DNA of 64,000 nt from the human T2T-CHM13v2.0 reference genome, Homo sapiens. Within the stretch, counting starts at the first letter, position 1. The number at the start of each line of letters is the position of its first letter. Under the pieces are notes generated by a model. The model saw only the letters and a list, made by a program, of their open reading frames with translations. It was not told the DNA's origin and made no database searches. The position numbers and the translations under genes are program-made. Shown here in pieces: positions 24,547-39,960 of the stretch. The stretch is taken from the NCBI RefSeq assembly GCF_009914755.1, contig NC_060925.1. The stretch is one strand, 5' to 3'.

Positions 24547-24959
24547 AAAAATAATATTCAATTGCAGGTTTAAAAACAAAAGCAGCAACAATGAACTATG
24601 CAACAAAAACTACAAATTTAGAGAATCAAATAAAACTCAAGTGCTGGCTCCTATTATTATGTATCTAAAGGCTGCTAGCTCTCCAAATGCTAATGGCATG
24701 GTCAACTGTTTTTGGACAGCCTTCACTCCTGTTTTGACAATGGAGCTGCAAAAACTTGAAAGACACCACTTTTGAGAACCAGGCCCCACTAGATGTCCGC
24801 TTAAAACAGACAATATACAGATAAAGCTTTGAACAGAAGACCACGGTTACAGAATGGTAAGTGGCACAGCTGCACCAAGTGATAGTGCTACAAAGTTAAA
24901 AGTTTAATTCAAGCATTAATGGCACATAAAAGTTTGTGCAAGATTTAGTTTTTACCCAC

Positions 24960-25380
24960 CTCTCTAATTTTAGATCATGTCACTTCACCTCCTTTGCTCA
25001 CACTGTCTTTCTTTAAGTTACTCAAAACCGGACAAGCTCTTTATCATTTGAGGACTTTTGCAATATTGTTCTCTCTGCCTAGACTGTTCTCTCCAACCCC
25101 CTTGCCTTCCCAGCATGATGGCTCCTCAGCATGACTCACTTCCTCAAAGAGGGTCTTTTTGACCTATTAAAACCAAGACCTTTTCTGTTTTCTTAATCAC
25201 AGTGATCAATTTTTTTTTCAGAGCACTGTTCAAAATCTGTTATGTATTTACTCACTTGTTTTCTCCCCCGCACCCCACTAGTCTGTAAGCTCCAAAAAGG
25301 CAGAATCCTGCTGTCTTATAATCTCCAGCATCTAGCAAAGCACCTGACATACAGCAGGTGATGGTCAATAAATATTTGTG
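24960..25380. mobile_element. L2 3' end
   Basis: ctagtctgtaagctcc..gggcag..ctccagcatctagca..acctgacatacagcaggtg..caataaatatttg. Confidence 0.7.
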
Positions 25381-25582
25381 GGATTCATATACATCTATCT
25401 TGTGTGCACTAAGTGTGAAGGGCAAAATCATTCTTCTTTTTTTTTTTTTAGATGCACTCTCACTCTGTCACCCCGGCTGGAGTGCAGTGGTATGATCTTG
25501 GCTCACTGCAACCTCTGCCTCCCTGGTTCAGGCGATTCTCGTGCCTCAGCCTCCCGGAGTAGCTGGGATTACAGGTGCCTGA

Positions 25583-25750
<168 letters not shown>

Positions 25751-25883
25751 TAAAGGCTGACAGGTGGGTTCCTAAAACTTACTCTCATTATGTGACTAAT
25801 ATAACTGACAATTCCTGATCCAGTAGAAGCTGTACATATTTTGGTTAAAACTGATTGCCTAAGTGGGTCATTCGTTCACTTAA

Positions 25884-26180
<297 letters not shown>

Positions 26181-26289
26181 TAGCCAGGATGGTCTCGATC
26201 TCCTGACCTCGTGATCTGCCTGCATCCACCTCCCAAAGTGCTGGGATTACAGGTATGAGCCACCGCGCCCGGCCTAAAAGATTCTCATT

Positions 26290-27780
26290 GCTGGAGTGGA
26301 GATTTTCAGATCAATAAGGGACAGGGTTTAGAATGATCTATGTAATAATGGATCAGAGCTCAAGAAATCAGTAAGAATTCATGTTTAACTCAACACAGAT
26401 ACAGATTACGACATACAGAAATATTTATAGATATGTGTATTTACATAGGTTAGTATACCTACATATATTTGTTTGCTCTGTCAGCTGAGAAAGCCTAAAA
26501 TAAATGTCACCTGACACCTCAGTAGCAATTAGCACCCCTCAAGCTCAGATCTTTTTTTTGAGACAGGGTCTCACTCTGTTACCCAGGCTGGAGTTCAGTG
26601 GTGCGATCACAGCTCACTGAGGCCTCGACCTCCTAAGGCTCAGGCGATCCTCCCACCTCAGCCTCCCCAAGTAGCTGGGACTACAGGCACGCACCACTGC
26701 ACTTGGCTAATTTTTATATTTTTTGTAGAGATGGGGTTTTGCCTTGTTGCCCAGGCTGGAAGCCCAAATCTTGGTTTTGAATACCATTTTTTCCAATAAA
26801 AGGAACCAGGATTCCTTAAAAAAAATGGTTGATAATAGGACTTGAATAAGTAATATACAAGATGAGCCTGGAGCATCTTGTAGTGCCAGGAAGTAAGAAA
26901 GTGCTGGGTGGGGGGGGAAAAAAACCAAAAACTAAAAAAATGGGAGTATGTCAAAAGGCATAGGAGCCAACTGAAAGAGCTCCCAGTGGCCAAACTGGAA
27001 CAAAATAAATAAAGTAGTATTGGATTATAACCCAAAGTATAAATTAAATATCTAGGAGTCCACAAAAAAATGACTGAATAAATCAACAAACTGGGGAGAA
27101 GAGACAAATCTGGGCAGAAGAATTCCAAATACATTATGTAGATATTCTACCCTAAAGAAGGGGCAGCATGATTCCTTAACTGTGGGCTGTACATAGTGAA
27201 TTCTATCTAAAGAATACAGTACAGAAAGGGAGGAAAGAGTAACTTTATGGAGAAAACTGACAAACACTACTTCAATTAGGTAATCAAGGTCAACATCAAC
27301 AGTCATAAATAATGATGATAGTATGGCACCTTGCCTTTGTGACCTTCCTCCTTAAAATCCATAACCCCAGCGTAATAATGAGAAAAACATCAGATAAATT
27401 CTCTAAGAGTGGGGCATCTTAAAATATACCTGGACCAGTACTCCTCAAAACTGTCAAGGTCATTAAAAGCAAGGAAAAGCCTGAGAAACTACAAAGTCTA
27501 GAAGAGCCTAAGGAGACATAACTAAATGTAATTTGGTATCCTGGATGGAATCCCGGAACAGAACAAGGACATCATATAAAAACACAGGAAATCTGAATAA
27601 ACAACGGACTTAGTTAATAATAACATACTAATACTGGTTCACTAATTGTAACAAGTGTAATATACTAACGTAAGATGTTAATAATGGGAAACTGTGCAGG
27701 AGGAGGGATATATGGGAACTCTCTGTACTGTCTGCTCAACTTTTCTGTAAATCTAAAATTATTAATAAAAAATAAAGTCT
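26290..27780 (+). mobile_element. L1MC-like 3' UTR fragment with partial minus-strand Alu (26552-26760)
   Basis: tcaaggtcaacatcaacagt, cagtactcctcaaaactgtcaaggtcat, tatgggaactctctgtact..gtaaatctaaa motifs. Confidence 0.8.
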
Positions 27781-27844
27781 AGGCCAGGCGCGGTGGCTCA
27801 CACCTGTCATCTCAACAGTTTGGGAAGCCGAGGCAGGCGGATCA

Positions 27845-28141
<297 letters not shown>

Positions 28142-28361
28142 TTATTGTGTGTTACCAATGATACTAGAGTACAAAGACACTCATTAAAAGATTGAATTAG
28201 GCTGGGCGCAGTGGCTCATGCCTGTAATCCCAGCACTTTGGGAGGCCGAAGCAGGTGGATCACTTGAGGTCAGGAATTCGAGACCAGACTGGCCAACATG
28301 ATGAAACCCTGTCTCTACTAAAAATACAAAAATTAGCTGGGCGTGGTGGTGGGTGCCTCTA

Positions 28362-28496
<135 letters not shown>

Positions 28497-29239
28497 TTAA
28501 AATTAATTTTGAAATTTCTGAAATTAATTTTGCCACTTGAATATTATTTAACCAATTAAAACATCTCAGCTGAAGAAAATGACCAAAGATAGGGCCACAT
28601 AGTCACAAGATACTCTAGGAAAAGGATGATACTACAGAAGTCAGATCTACTCATTCAAAACATTTTTATGAGCAAACAAAGGCAGTCTCTTCTCATTATG
28701 GTACCACTGAAGTACAAACTAAAGAAAAGGTTCTGCTTAGAGTTAATCAAGCCAGAAGCAGATTAGGTTTTTGAGATAATTTCCCTAACTCCCCCAGGGA
28801 GGATGGGCTGCTGTCAACTGCAGAATGCTTGGGGTGTTTTGAACACTTAAAAAAATTGGGTAGTTATGCAGGGGGAAAGAAACAGCCCTGGATAGCTAAC
28901 ATTCACTATCCATGCTAAAAGGAAAGGGAAAAGTAGGAGCGAGGAGAGTAATATTGATAGTGGTGAACTTAAGTAATTTAATACCAATAATACCCACGTT
29001 TCATTTTAGCCCATTGTTTTCCTAACAATTTTTTCATCAGAATAAATGGCAAAAATTGATAACTTAATGGTTAACTTCTGCCTTAATTTCTACCCTGTGC
29101 TAATGAACAATAAAATGGGCCAATAGATTAACCACAAAAAGGGAGGAGAAGTGAATTTAGATATTTGTTAGCAAAGGTTCTCAATTATGGGAGAGTTGAT
29201 ATTGATACTATGACCTCAATACTGAAAAGCATAAATATT

Positions 29240-29460
29240 GTACTCATGCTCTGGAGTCAGAATGCCCAGCTAATGTCCTGCCTTAATTATTTGCTAATAC
29301 TGTGACTATGGATAAGCTACTTAGCTTTTCTGTGCCTCAGGCTCTCCCTCTGTAAAATGAGGTTTGGGTTGTTGTGAGGATTACGTGTGCAACATCTATC
29401 CACTGCTTAGAAAAATGTCAAGAGCACAGTAAGCACTTCATAAATACCTGCAATTGTCAT
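29240..29460. mobile_element. MIR
   Basis: ctctggagtcaga..ctgtgcctcag..ctgtaaaatgag..ggttgttgtgaggatta. Confidence 0.75.
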
Positions 29461-29567
29461 TAATAGCAAAATGAAGGAAACCGGGTTAGCCAATCCAAAG
29501 GAAAAAATGTTCTAACAGATAACAAATAAGAATGGTGGTTAGTGAAGTTTAAGGGATATTTTCATGA

Positions 29568-29820
<253 letters not shown>

Positions 29821-31363
29821 TGATCCGCCTGCCTCGGCCTCCCAAAGTGCTAGGATTACAGGCGTGAGCCACCACGCCCAGCCTCATGACTCTTAAAGCA
29901 ATGGGTCCTAACAGACCCCAAAGAGGTGATTCCTCTTGTTTTACAAGGGAGAAATAAGCACAGCTATGACATTCCTCAAATTCTAGACATAACTACAGAG
30001 GAATGGTGGTTTTACATTTTGGTAGAGCATTAAGAGAACCCTTGGTCTTCTTTCACAACCTAGGTGTAAGTTATCAGATATACCTGTTTAGAAGAGACTT
30101 GGCAACTAGACTTACCTGTGGTTGAACCCAAAAGGCCTATCAACATAGAGAAATACTAGGCCAGGTGTGGTGGCTCACATCTATAATTTCAACACTTTGG
30201 GAAGCTGGGGTGGGAGGATTGCTGGAGCCCAGGAGTTCAAGACCAGCCTGGGCAATATAGTGAGATCCCACCTCTAAAAAAATATAGAATACATTAGCTG
30301 GGTGTGGTGGTGTGCACCTGCAGTCCCAGCTACTGGAGAGGCTGAGGTGAGAGGATCACTTTAGCCCGGAAGGTGAAGGCTGCAGTGAGCCATGATCGCG
30401 CCACTGCATTCCAGCTGGGCAACAGAGTGAGACTCTGTCACAAAACAAAACAAAAAACCATAGAGAAATACTCTATAAAAATGAAAGGGAGTGGTGGAGA
30501 AGACAGGCAAAGCCATTCTTTCAAGTTTCTCCCTCCTGGTTTGTTCCCATCTTAGAAAGAAAGAAGGGGGAGAGGACAAGGGGAGAAAAAAAAAAAAGAA
30601 GAGGAAACAAGTGAAGAAAAGAGGAGACTTGGTAAACAACAGGAGGTAAAGGTAGCTCAGAGTAAGGTCTCAGAACATAGAGACCAGTTCTGTTTCCACT
30701 AGACCAAGGAGAAGTAGTTTTCAAACATTTCTGAAAACAGTTAAAACTGAAAATCAAAATCTAATTAACCTATATTAAAACTTTTTTTCATCACCAAAGT
30801 TTATACATTAAGAGTACTTCAGATAGGTTTTTGAGGTCCCATACTAATCCCTCTACTATCTATTTTATAAGAAATAAAATTTAAAAGCTGGGAAATATCA
30901 GGAGAAAAGAGGCAGATGAGAAGCCAGGTACAAGGATACTAGTCCCAGTCTGAAGCAATGACAAATTGCCTGCCCTGGATTTGGAAGAATAGGCAATTAA
31001 CTCCATAGTGCCTTTTGAGTTTTTTGTTTTCTTTCCTAATAGTCCTGTCATAATTCTAACTCTGTTAGAGGAAGAACTTGGAAGGTAAAGATGTTTAGAG
31101 CTTAAGCTTTAATACTATGCTTTTTATCCTGAAAGAGAAATAAGAATGAACTTCTTGAGCAAGAGAAATGCTCTCATCAAGTAGTAAATGGGGTATAAGT
31201 GTGACAAAAGACACAGCAGAAAAGCAGCACACACCTCACATACTGCTATGACAATTCATACAGGTCAGCAAAATTCCAACCCATGGAGTCTTCTGCTCAT
31301 TTATAGGACAAAATGCCACTGAAAATAGACTAGAACAAAATCAAGGCGTTTTCTGGACACCAA

Positions 31364-31605
31364 CATGCAAAAGGGAAGGCTTCAATTCTATTAAGCAGCT
31401 CACATTCAAAGGCTAAACTACTTATAAACCACACTCCTAAGCTGTGGTTTGCCTAACACAAAAAGCATGCACAAATCCAAGTATCACCCCCTTTCTACTT
31501 TAGAAGACAGAGCTCCTGTATTATCCAATTTGTTTGTTTGGAGATACAGGTAGATTAAAAACAAGAAACAATAATAATAATTTTAAAACACACACACAAC
31601 CATGC
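31364..31605 (-). promoter_or_regulatory. Intronic splicing-enhancer cluster: RBFOX motifs UGCAUG (31364-31369, 31466-31471), GCAUG (31601-31605) and a UG run
   Basis: plus-strand catgca x2 and catgc within 250 nt downstream of the exon 7 donor. Confidence 0.7.
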
Positions 31606-31613
31606 CTATTTAC

Positions 31614-31751
31614 CTTGAATGGGATAAGAATAATGTGCTGGGCTTGGCTGGCTTGTGGTTAACCCTGTAGTGCAGGTAAGAACACTGTGTTGACTTGGAG
31701 ATGGAGTCTGAATTAAACCACTTTCAGGTTTCATACCTGGCCACAATGCAC
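31614..31751 (-). CDS. EYA3: EYA3 exon 7 (138-nt symmetric cassette exon), GALWPGMKPESGLIQTPSPSQHSVLTCTTGLTTSQPSPAHYSYPIQ
   Basis: gattcag|GTGCA...TCAAG|gtaaat; phase 1-1, multiple of 3. Confidence 0.95.
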
Positions 31752-33348
31752 CTGAATCAGATAAATTGGACCAATTACAAACAATACACTGGGACTGAGG
31801 AGCATGGTTATGCTTTCAAATATCAGCCAGTAGGTTTAAAATCTAAATCTTAAAACAAAAATAAATTTGCTTGTAAGAGAAAATTATTGAATCTCCCACT
31901 TGTAATATATCACAAGCAAATAACACTTTCAAAGAATTAGGGGATGAGGCTAAAGAAACAAAAAGCTTGCCACAAATCCCAATATGTATATAAATTCATT
32001 TCAATGACTGGGGGAAATTGACCAGGATTCAGAAAAAAAGAGTTATTGACACCCAACTGGAGTATCTGTTATAAAGAGTGCCTGATGTTCATGTACAGTG
32101 ATAAATAATTTATCCAAACTGTCAAGGTAGGAGACATTCCATATAAGTTTAAAATTCACTTACCCATTAAACAAGGACCAAATTTTTCTAAAATATATTA
32201 AATACTTCTCTGCCTTCTTAAGCTGGTTATTTTGTTACTTTTGTTTCTTCCAATTAGGAAAGACATACCTGCTTATTTTTATAAATTAAAAACATTACAG
32301 AAATACATAATTTAGAAAAAAAATACAGTCATATATAATCCCATCATCCAGACTTAACCACTATTAACAGTTTGCAGAAGAGTCACCCAGATGATTTCTT
32401 CTTCTTCTTTTTTTTTTTTTTAAATAAGATAGGGTTTTGCTTTGTTGCCCAGGCTGGTCTTGAACTCCAGGCCTCAAGCGATACTTTTGCCCCAGCCTCC
32501 TTTAGTGCTGGGATTATAGGCATGAGCCACTACACTCAGTCCAGATTTCTTCTATGTATTCACTAATCTTCTTTTTAACAAAAATGGGATTGTGATTTTT
32601 TGTTGTTGTTGTTGTTGTTAAGAGACAGGGTCTTCCTCTGTCACCTAGGCTCAAATAATCCTCATGCCTCAGCTACAGGAGTAGCTGAGACTATGGGTGT
32701 GTGCCACCATACTTGACTAATTTTTTGTAGAGGTGGGGTCTTGCTATGTCGCCCAGGCCAGTCTTGAACTCCTGGCCTCAAGCAATCCTCCACCTTGGCT
32801 TTTTAAAGTGTTGGGATTACAGGCATGAGCCACTGCCAGCCAAGGACTGTGTTATACATAGTGTACATAATTTGCTTTTCCACATAATACCTCTAAGATT
32901 CATCTTTCCAAGTCAGAACATATAAATCTATCTCATACTGACAAACATCATAGCTGTTCATTTTTATTTTCTTTTTATCATAATGCTCCTGAGTAACAAT
33001 CTTTCTAAAATATATTTATATCCCTTCCTGCCTTCTGAGCAAGGAGGAAATAGCACACATACCTTTAGATTTTCTCAGTTACTGTTTCAAAAATAAAAAC
33101 TGTGCTGTGCTACATATATTACAGAGATACCGCAGAGGCTACTGTGATGTGTAAAGACAATTGTTTAGTACTAAATATAACTTAATTATAGTTCTGATTT
33201 TTAGGTTCTAATTTCACTGTTTTTCCTCTGTGGTCTGTCACTTCTTGACTTCCTTAGCAGTATCTGCCTTTTAATTTGCAATAAACTAGGCAACCATAAA
33301 CAAAGCTTTGCATCTGCATGAGAGTCCAAGGATATTCTTTATGAGTGA

Positions 33349-33729
<381 letters not shown>

Positions 33730-34052
33730 TAATGCCTGGTTGTTCACTGTGTTCTGAATAGCTATGGTTACTGGGTTAGTGTAGTTGAAGCTGATAATTA
33801 GGTCTAAGAAGGTTCATCAACCAAACACATTCCATGTATGATATCAATACTAAGGTTAGCCATGACTTCAAACTCAACATTAACTCATCTCATTTATTTG
33901 CTCCTACTCTGATAAACTAGGAGTGATTGAATTTATAGCCAATGAACACATATATGCAATTAAAAATACAATACTTTGAGAATGAGAACCTCTGCTTCAC
34001 CAGGGCACTGAGATACTTCAGTGCAACTCAGATTTGTCCAATTTGTTGATAA

Positions 34053-34348
<296 letters not shown>

Positions 34349-35708
34349 TGATCCTCCTGCCTTGACCTCCCAAAGTGCTGGGATTATAGGTATGGGTCAC
34401 CGTGCCTGGCTTTGCCCCAAACTCTTAATGCATAAAAAGAAAATGTAATATTCTTTTCTCATCTATTAATCACATGAAATAACTTATTTTAAGAGACTGA
34501 GGAATACTGACATCGCTAGCATGAATTAGAAGCGTTTGCCCCATCATAATTCATGATCATTTAAATGTCTTGTCCAGATTAGCCATAATTAAGATTCTTG
34601 CCATGTCTGATTTTCAACAATAAAAATATTTGAGAATGTCATTTTAAAAACATTTATGATGTAAAATGTGAGTATCAGTGCTATGATTCCTGCTGATTGT
34701 ATATCACACTTTTTGGTAAACAAATTGCTATTTCAATGTCACAATAACTTTCAGATTTATTGTCATCACTGTGATTTCTTTTTCCAAATAGGTTTTGACC
34801 CTAAGGTGGTAGATTTATAAACATGTTTATTTTTACACTATATGAAAATAATACCTTATTAATAACAATAGTATCAACTGAGAATGTTTTGATAGTCTCC
34901 CTCTTATAAGATCAAAAATTAGAACACAAATGTCCAAAATAAGTAGGAGATAGCTAGCTAGTTTTGAATATCTTTGGCCAGAAACATAAAGTAGATGTCT
35001 AATATATAATTATTTTATGAGGAATAAAAAACAATACAGACAGTACCTCCAGCATCACTGTAGACCTGGCTCTTCAGACATGCAAATCATCTTCCTCTAA
35101 AAGCAACCCTCCCAGAATTCCAGATAATAGGCAGCATGATCCAATGGTTTGACTCCACAGCACTATTGCTCATAGTAAACAAGGAAACCAAACCCTAATT
35201 ACAGGACTCCCAGTCCACTGCTCTATGCCAACAACTACCAAGTTTCTCAAGTACTTTTAAGCATCAAGAGCCTGCTGCAGAGAAACTGTCAAGCTAACAA
35301 TGGGTAAGTAAGTCTGTCTCTGAGTGCCTTCCTGATGCCCCCAGAATGGGGTCTTATCACAAACTCTACCCAAGTTTCTCAGCACAAGTACTTCACTATT
35401 GATTAGTCACTATCCAAACTAATCTCATCAGTTCAATTTATAGTAACTCGTATAGTGCTCTTTAGAGATTAGTCTGGTGAGGAACTGAAGTACACACCAA
35501 TGCTAGAAAAAGCACATGAAAGGATATTTTGGCTTGTTGATTCAGCAGCTCATTTGGATAGGCTATTATAAATAGTAAGTAATTTAATGTAAGTACTTTT
35601 CCTGATTATAAACAAAGTATATGTATATATTTTTTAAAACGTCTGTAGGAAAAACAGCCACTTTTTTTGCTTCCAATTATTCTTTACGCACATTTTTTTT
35701 TTCTTTTT

Positions 35709-36005
35709 AGAGGCAAGGTCTCACTACATTGTCCACGCCGGAGTGCAGTGGCTATTCACAGGCATGATCCCACTACTGATCAGCAATGGGGTTTTAACCT
35801 GCTGTTTCTAACCTGGGCCAGTTCACCCTTCCTTAGGCAACCTGGCGGTCCCCCACCCCCAGGAGGTCACCACATTGATGCTGAACTTAGTGAAGATACC
35901 CAATCAGCATAGCGCACTACAGCCCAGGACTCCTGGGCTCAAGCGATCCTCCTACCTCAGTCTCCCAAGTAGCTGGAACTACAGGCATGCACTACCGCAC
36001 CTGGC
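35709..36005 (-). pseudogene. Full-length 7SL (SRP RNA) retro-pseudogene with A tail (35692-35708); probably the copy catalogued as RN7SL559P (recollection, unverified)
   Basis: Minus strand has the Alu-domain ends plus the central S domain absent from Alus: gggctgtagtgcgctatg...cactaagttcagcatcaatgtggtgacctcc...caggttgcctaaggaagggtgaac...ctgatcagtagtgggatc..cctgtgaatagccactgcactcc. Confidence 0.93.
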
Positions 36006-36699
36006 TATACACATATTTTTAAAAATACTAAATTGGTATTACAACATTGTGTTTTTGCTATTACATATTGCTTTTTTCAATTAATAATACACTGTTTTCT
36101 CAAGACCCTAAATATTTTTTAAGAAGATGATTTATAATGGCTATGCAGCAGCCATATACAATTTAACACATACCTTAATATTCAAGTTTTAGGTTTTCAG
36201 TTTTTTCATATTATAAATAATGCTTCAATGAGTATGTTGGTCAGCACATTTTTGTGGGTATCTCTAATTAGTTCCATAGGATACATTCCCAGAAGTGAAA
36301 TTACTGAGGGAAATGAAATGAACATCCTTAAGGCTCTTAATGCATATCACCCACTCCTCCAACTCACATTAAAGTTCTTTTAAAAGAAATCAGAACAGTG
36401 GCACCTAAAGGCATATTTTATAACTCCCACTAACATTAAACAAGTACCCTTTTCCTTACACATACTCCTTCAGATTCCTAGAAGTTAAACTTCTAATCCC
36501 CTTTCTGCCATCCCACCCCATTTGTATACAGCTCTGGGAAGAATATGATCAGTATTTCTTTACTTTAAAAGATTACTCATCATATAGCCTTCTTAGATTT
36601 CTTCTAGTCTTTTCTCCTTTCTTCAAGAGGAGGAAGCTTTTTAATTTCAAACTCAACTCTGAGACCATCTTTTTGATATAGACCTAAAGTTATGAGCAC

Positions 36700-36900
36700 T
36701 TCTAGAATGAAACAATCCTGGGTTCAATTATAATCCCAGGCTTTTACTAATTGTATGAACTTTGGGCACATGATTTAACTCTGCTTCTCCCCTATAAAAA
36801 GGGATAAAGCTAGCTTACCTCTTAGGGCTGTTCTGAGGATTACATGAGACAATACTATACAGCGTGAAATACTTATTCTTAGTATACAGCTTATTATAGT
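36700..36900. mobile_element. MIR
   Basis: ttgggca..tttaactct..ctataaaaagggata..acctcttagggctgttctgaggatta. Confidence 0.7.
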
Positions 36901-37498
36901 AAATAATAGAGACAAGGTAATATTATTATAATGAATTTTTCTGAAGCCCTATTTGCATCTGAAATAAAACGAATTAGCTAATCTGAAAACAGGCAGCACT
37001 AAGATGACACAATGTATCAAAATCTTGATTTCGAAAGAAAGAAATCAAGTGTTTTCTCCTACTTAATTTAACACATTACCAAAAAAAGCCACATGATAAA
37101 ACACAAGAAAACATCTTTTCAAAATACAGTCACTTTTAAAAGTTTTACAAACCTCTCTTATAATTTCTCTGGTAAATTCTGAGAATATGCCATCTCTATC
37201 ATTCACATTACCCCAACCAAAATCTCTCTCCAGTAAGTCTCATACATTACTTAAAGTCAAATTTAAGCTAATGATTATCTCTTTCTGAATTACTGATAGA
37301 AGAAATTGGGAAACACAAGTCTTCCTTGCCCTCAAATATTAAACAAAACCAGATTATTAAAGGAGCCTATTATTAACAATATTACCAGCATACAATATAA
37401 ACATGTATCCTTCAAGGTTTTAATAGAGATCTATTTACTTTACAGAATTTTTTTCTTTTTTAATGTATTATTATTATTATTATTATTATTATTTTTGA

Positions 37499-37600
<102 letters not shown>

Positions 37601-39364
37601 TGAGTAGCTGGGATTACAGGTGCCCACCACCATGCCCGGCTAATTTTTTTTTGTATTTTTAATAGAAACAGGGTTTCACCATGTTGGCTAGGCTGGTCTC
37701 GAACTCCCGGCCTCAAGAGATCTGCCCAAACGGGGCCGGGCGTGGTGGCTCATGCCTGTAATCCCAGCATTTTGGCAGGCCAAGCTGGGCAGATCACTTG
37801 AGGCCAGGAGTTTGAGACCAGCTGGCCAAAATGGTGAAACCCTGTCTCTACTAAAATACAAAAATTAGGCAGGCTTGGTGGTGCACACAGCGAGACTCTG
37901 TCTCAAAATAATAATAATAATAGTTTAAGGGAAATATAGTGATCATTTAAAAAATTAATTATATCTAGGATCCATATGCACACAGAATTATCTGAGGTAT
38001 TCCATAAATCATGCTCAGAGATGTAATAGGAGTTGTATTTAATATTGAACAGCAGGAATGATCAACTGTTGTAAAGGGCTAATAATAATAATTCAAATCA
38101 AAACAGAAGATTTAAAAAACTGTAATTTAAAAATTATAATTGCTAGCCTATTATTAGTCAACTGTTGAAAAATCAGCTTTAAATAACCAAAAAGAAATAA
38201 ACACAAACATATTCACAGAGGGGTCTTTCAAAAGGTCCATTCAGTGTTGGCTGGTTAATCATATCATAAATATAAGATCTGAGTACCCTGGCTGGTACTA
38301 ACAGGCATGGAAACATGGATATACAAATGGGGAAACAAGAAAATTTGTTTCCCATTTCATATGAAGTTATCAACCCCACTATTATTAAACATAATTCCCA
38401 ATTCTTATTTCTAGCAGTTACCAGGAGCCAAAGAATTCTAACAAGCCTAAAAGTAAGAAAGCTGCCAATATCATAAAAGAGTAGCCAAACAGGTCAGGAG
38501 AAACAGGAATGCAGAAACTAGATGCAGGTACATTAATACATCCAGAATCTGTGTGGTCATCTGTCTGGAAAATTTTTCTAATTCGTAGCTTGATTAAATA
38601 AAGCCTATAGAAATATAATTTTGTTACATATTACATATTTTTAAATAATATAGTATTCTTTTAATTTTCTGGCACCCATTTCAGGAAAGCAGGGAAGGAG
38701 CAATGAAGCACACTGCATTTACACACATAGAAAAATAAGCACAGATATTAAGTGCCCAAAGAACCTTAAAGTGACTTCTGATAAATCATTTTAATTTATA
38801 GTTCATGTCCAAGACACCTAAAACCAATGAAAATAACTCCCTAGGCACATAAGGTTATAAGAAAATTGGGGATTTCCGGTATTCTAAAATGACTTTTTGG
38901 TTCAGCAGAACAATATCTGATCAGTTTTGGGTGGGGTTAGGGGAGAAAGGAGAGGGAGAAGTTGGCAAAAAAAACCCCACAGAGCAAACTATGATACATA
39001 TTCAGACTACCTGGTGTTAGCAAGAAATTGGCCACCTCGAAATATATTTATTATGCTTTCCTAATGATAGTACCATACTACATTGTATATAAAGTAAGTC
39101 AAATCAATAGCAAATCCTCAAAGAATTTACCAAACACTTAAAGATTCCAAGCTTCAGGGTCAAGACTTAGTACATACAAAATAGCTAAATGAGTACTGAA
39201 AAACTATGATTTTTTTATTACATGCATCAAACATACTGTTGCAAAGTTGCATACCCAACCACATATGTAACTAAGTGCTTTGTAAAGAATGATGCATGGC
39301 TGATCAAAGTTTCTGCGGAATAAAATCAACATTCTTAGAAATTGTTTACAATACAGTGCCTTAC

Positions 39365-39501
39365 CAAAAGGAGGTAGTCCATACGTTTGGGTTGCCTGAG
39401 GGTAGACAGCATAGGGTTGAGTCTGCTGTAGTGTCTGGTATTGAGTCTGTCCAGGGTAAGCAGTTTCCGAAACAGGAACTGAGAGAATATGTGCATAAGG
39501 T
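39365..39501 (-). CDS. EYA3: EYA3 exon 6, PYAHILSVPVSETAYPGQTQYQTLQQTQPYAVYPQATQTYGLPPF
   Basis: tttccag|ACCTT...TTTTG|gtaagg; 137 nt; visible within ORF 39204..39515. Confidence 0.97.
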
Positions 39502-39582
39502 CTGGAAAATTTCATGAAAACAAAAACTTTTGTGTGATTTACTTTAGTAACGAAAAATAGGTAAAATAGCTACCACCACTAA

Positions 39583-39960
<378 letters not shown>

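Noticed and set aside
26658-27134. 158-aa hydrophobic minus-strand ORF
   Set aside because: Antisense reading of an A-rich L1 3' UTR running into an Alu
32162-32190. Possible 24-nt in-frame microexon upstream of exon 7 (donor TGG|GTAAGT)
   Set aside because: Acceptor has almost no pyrimidine tract; isolated strong donors are common in long introns
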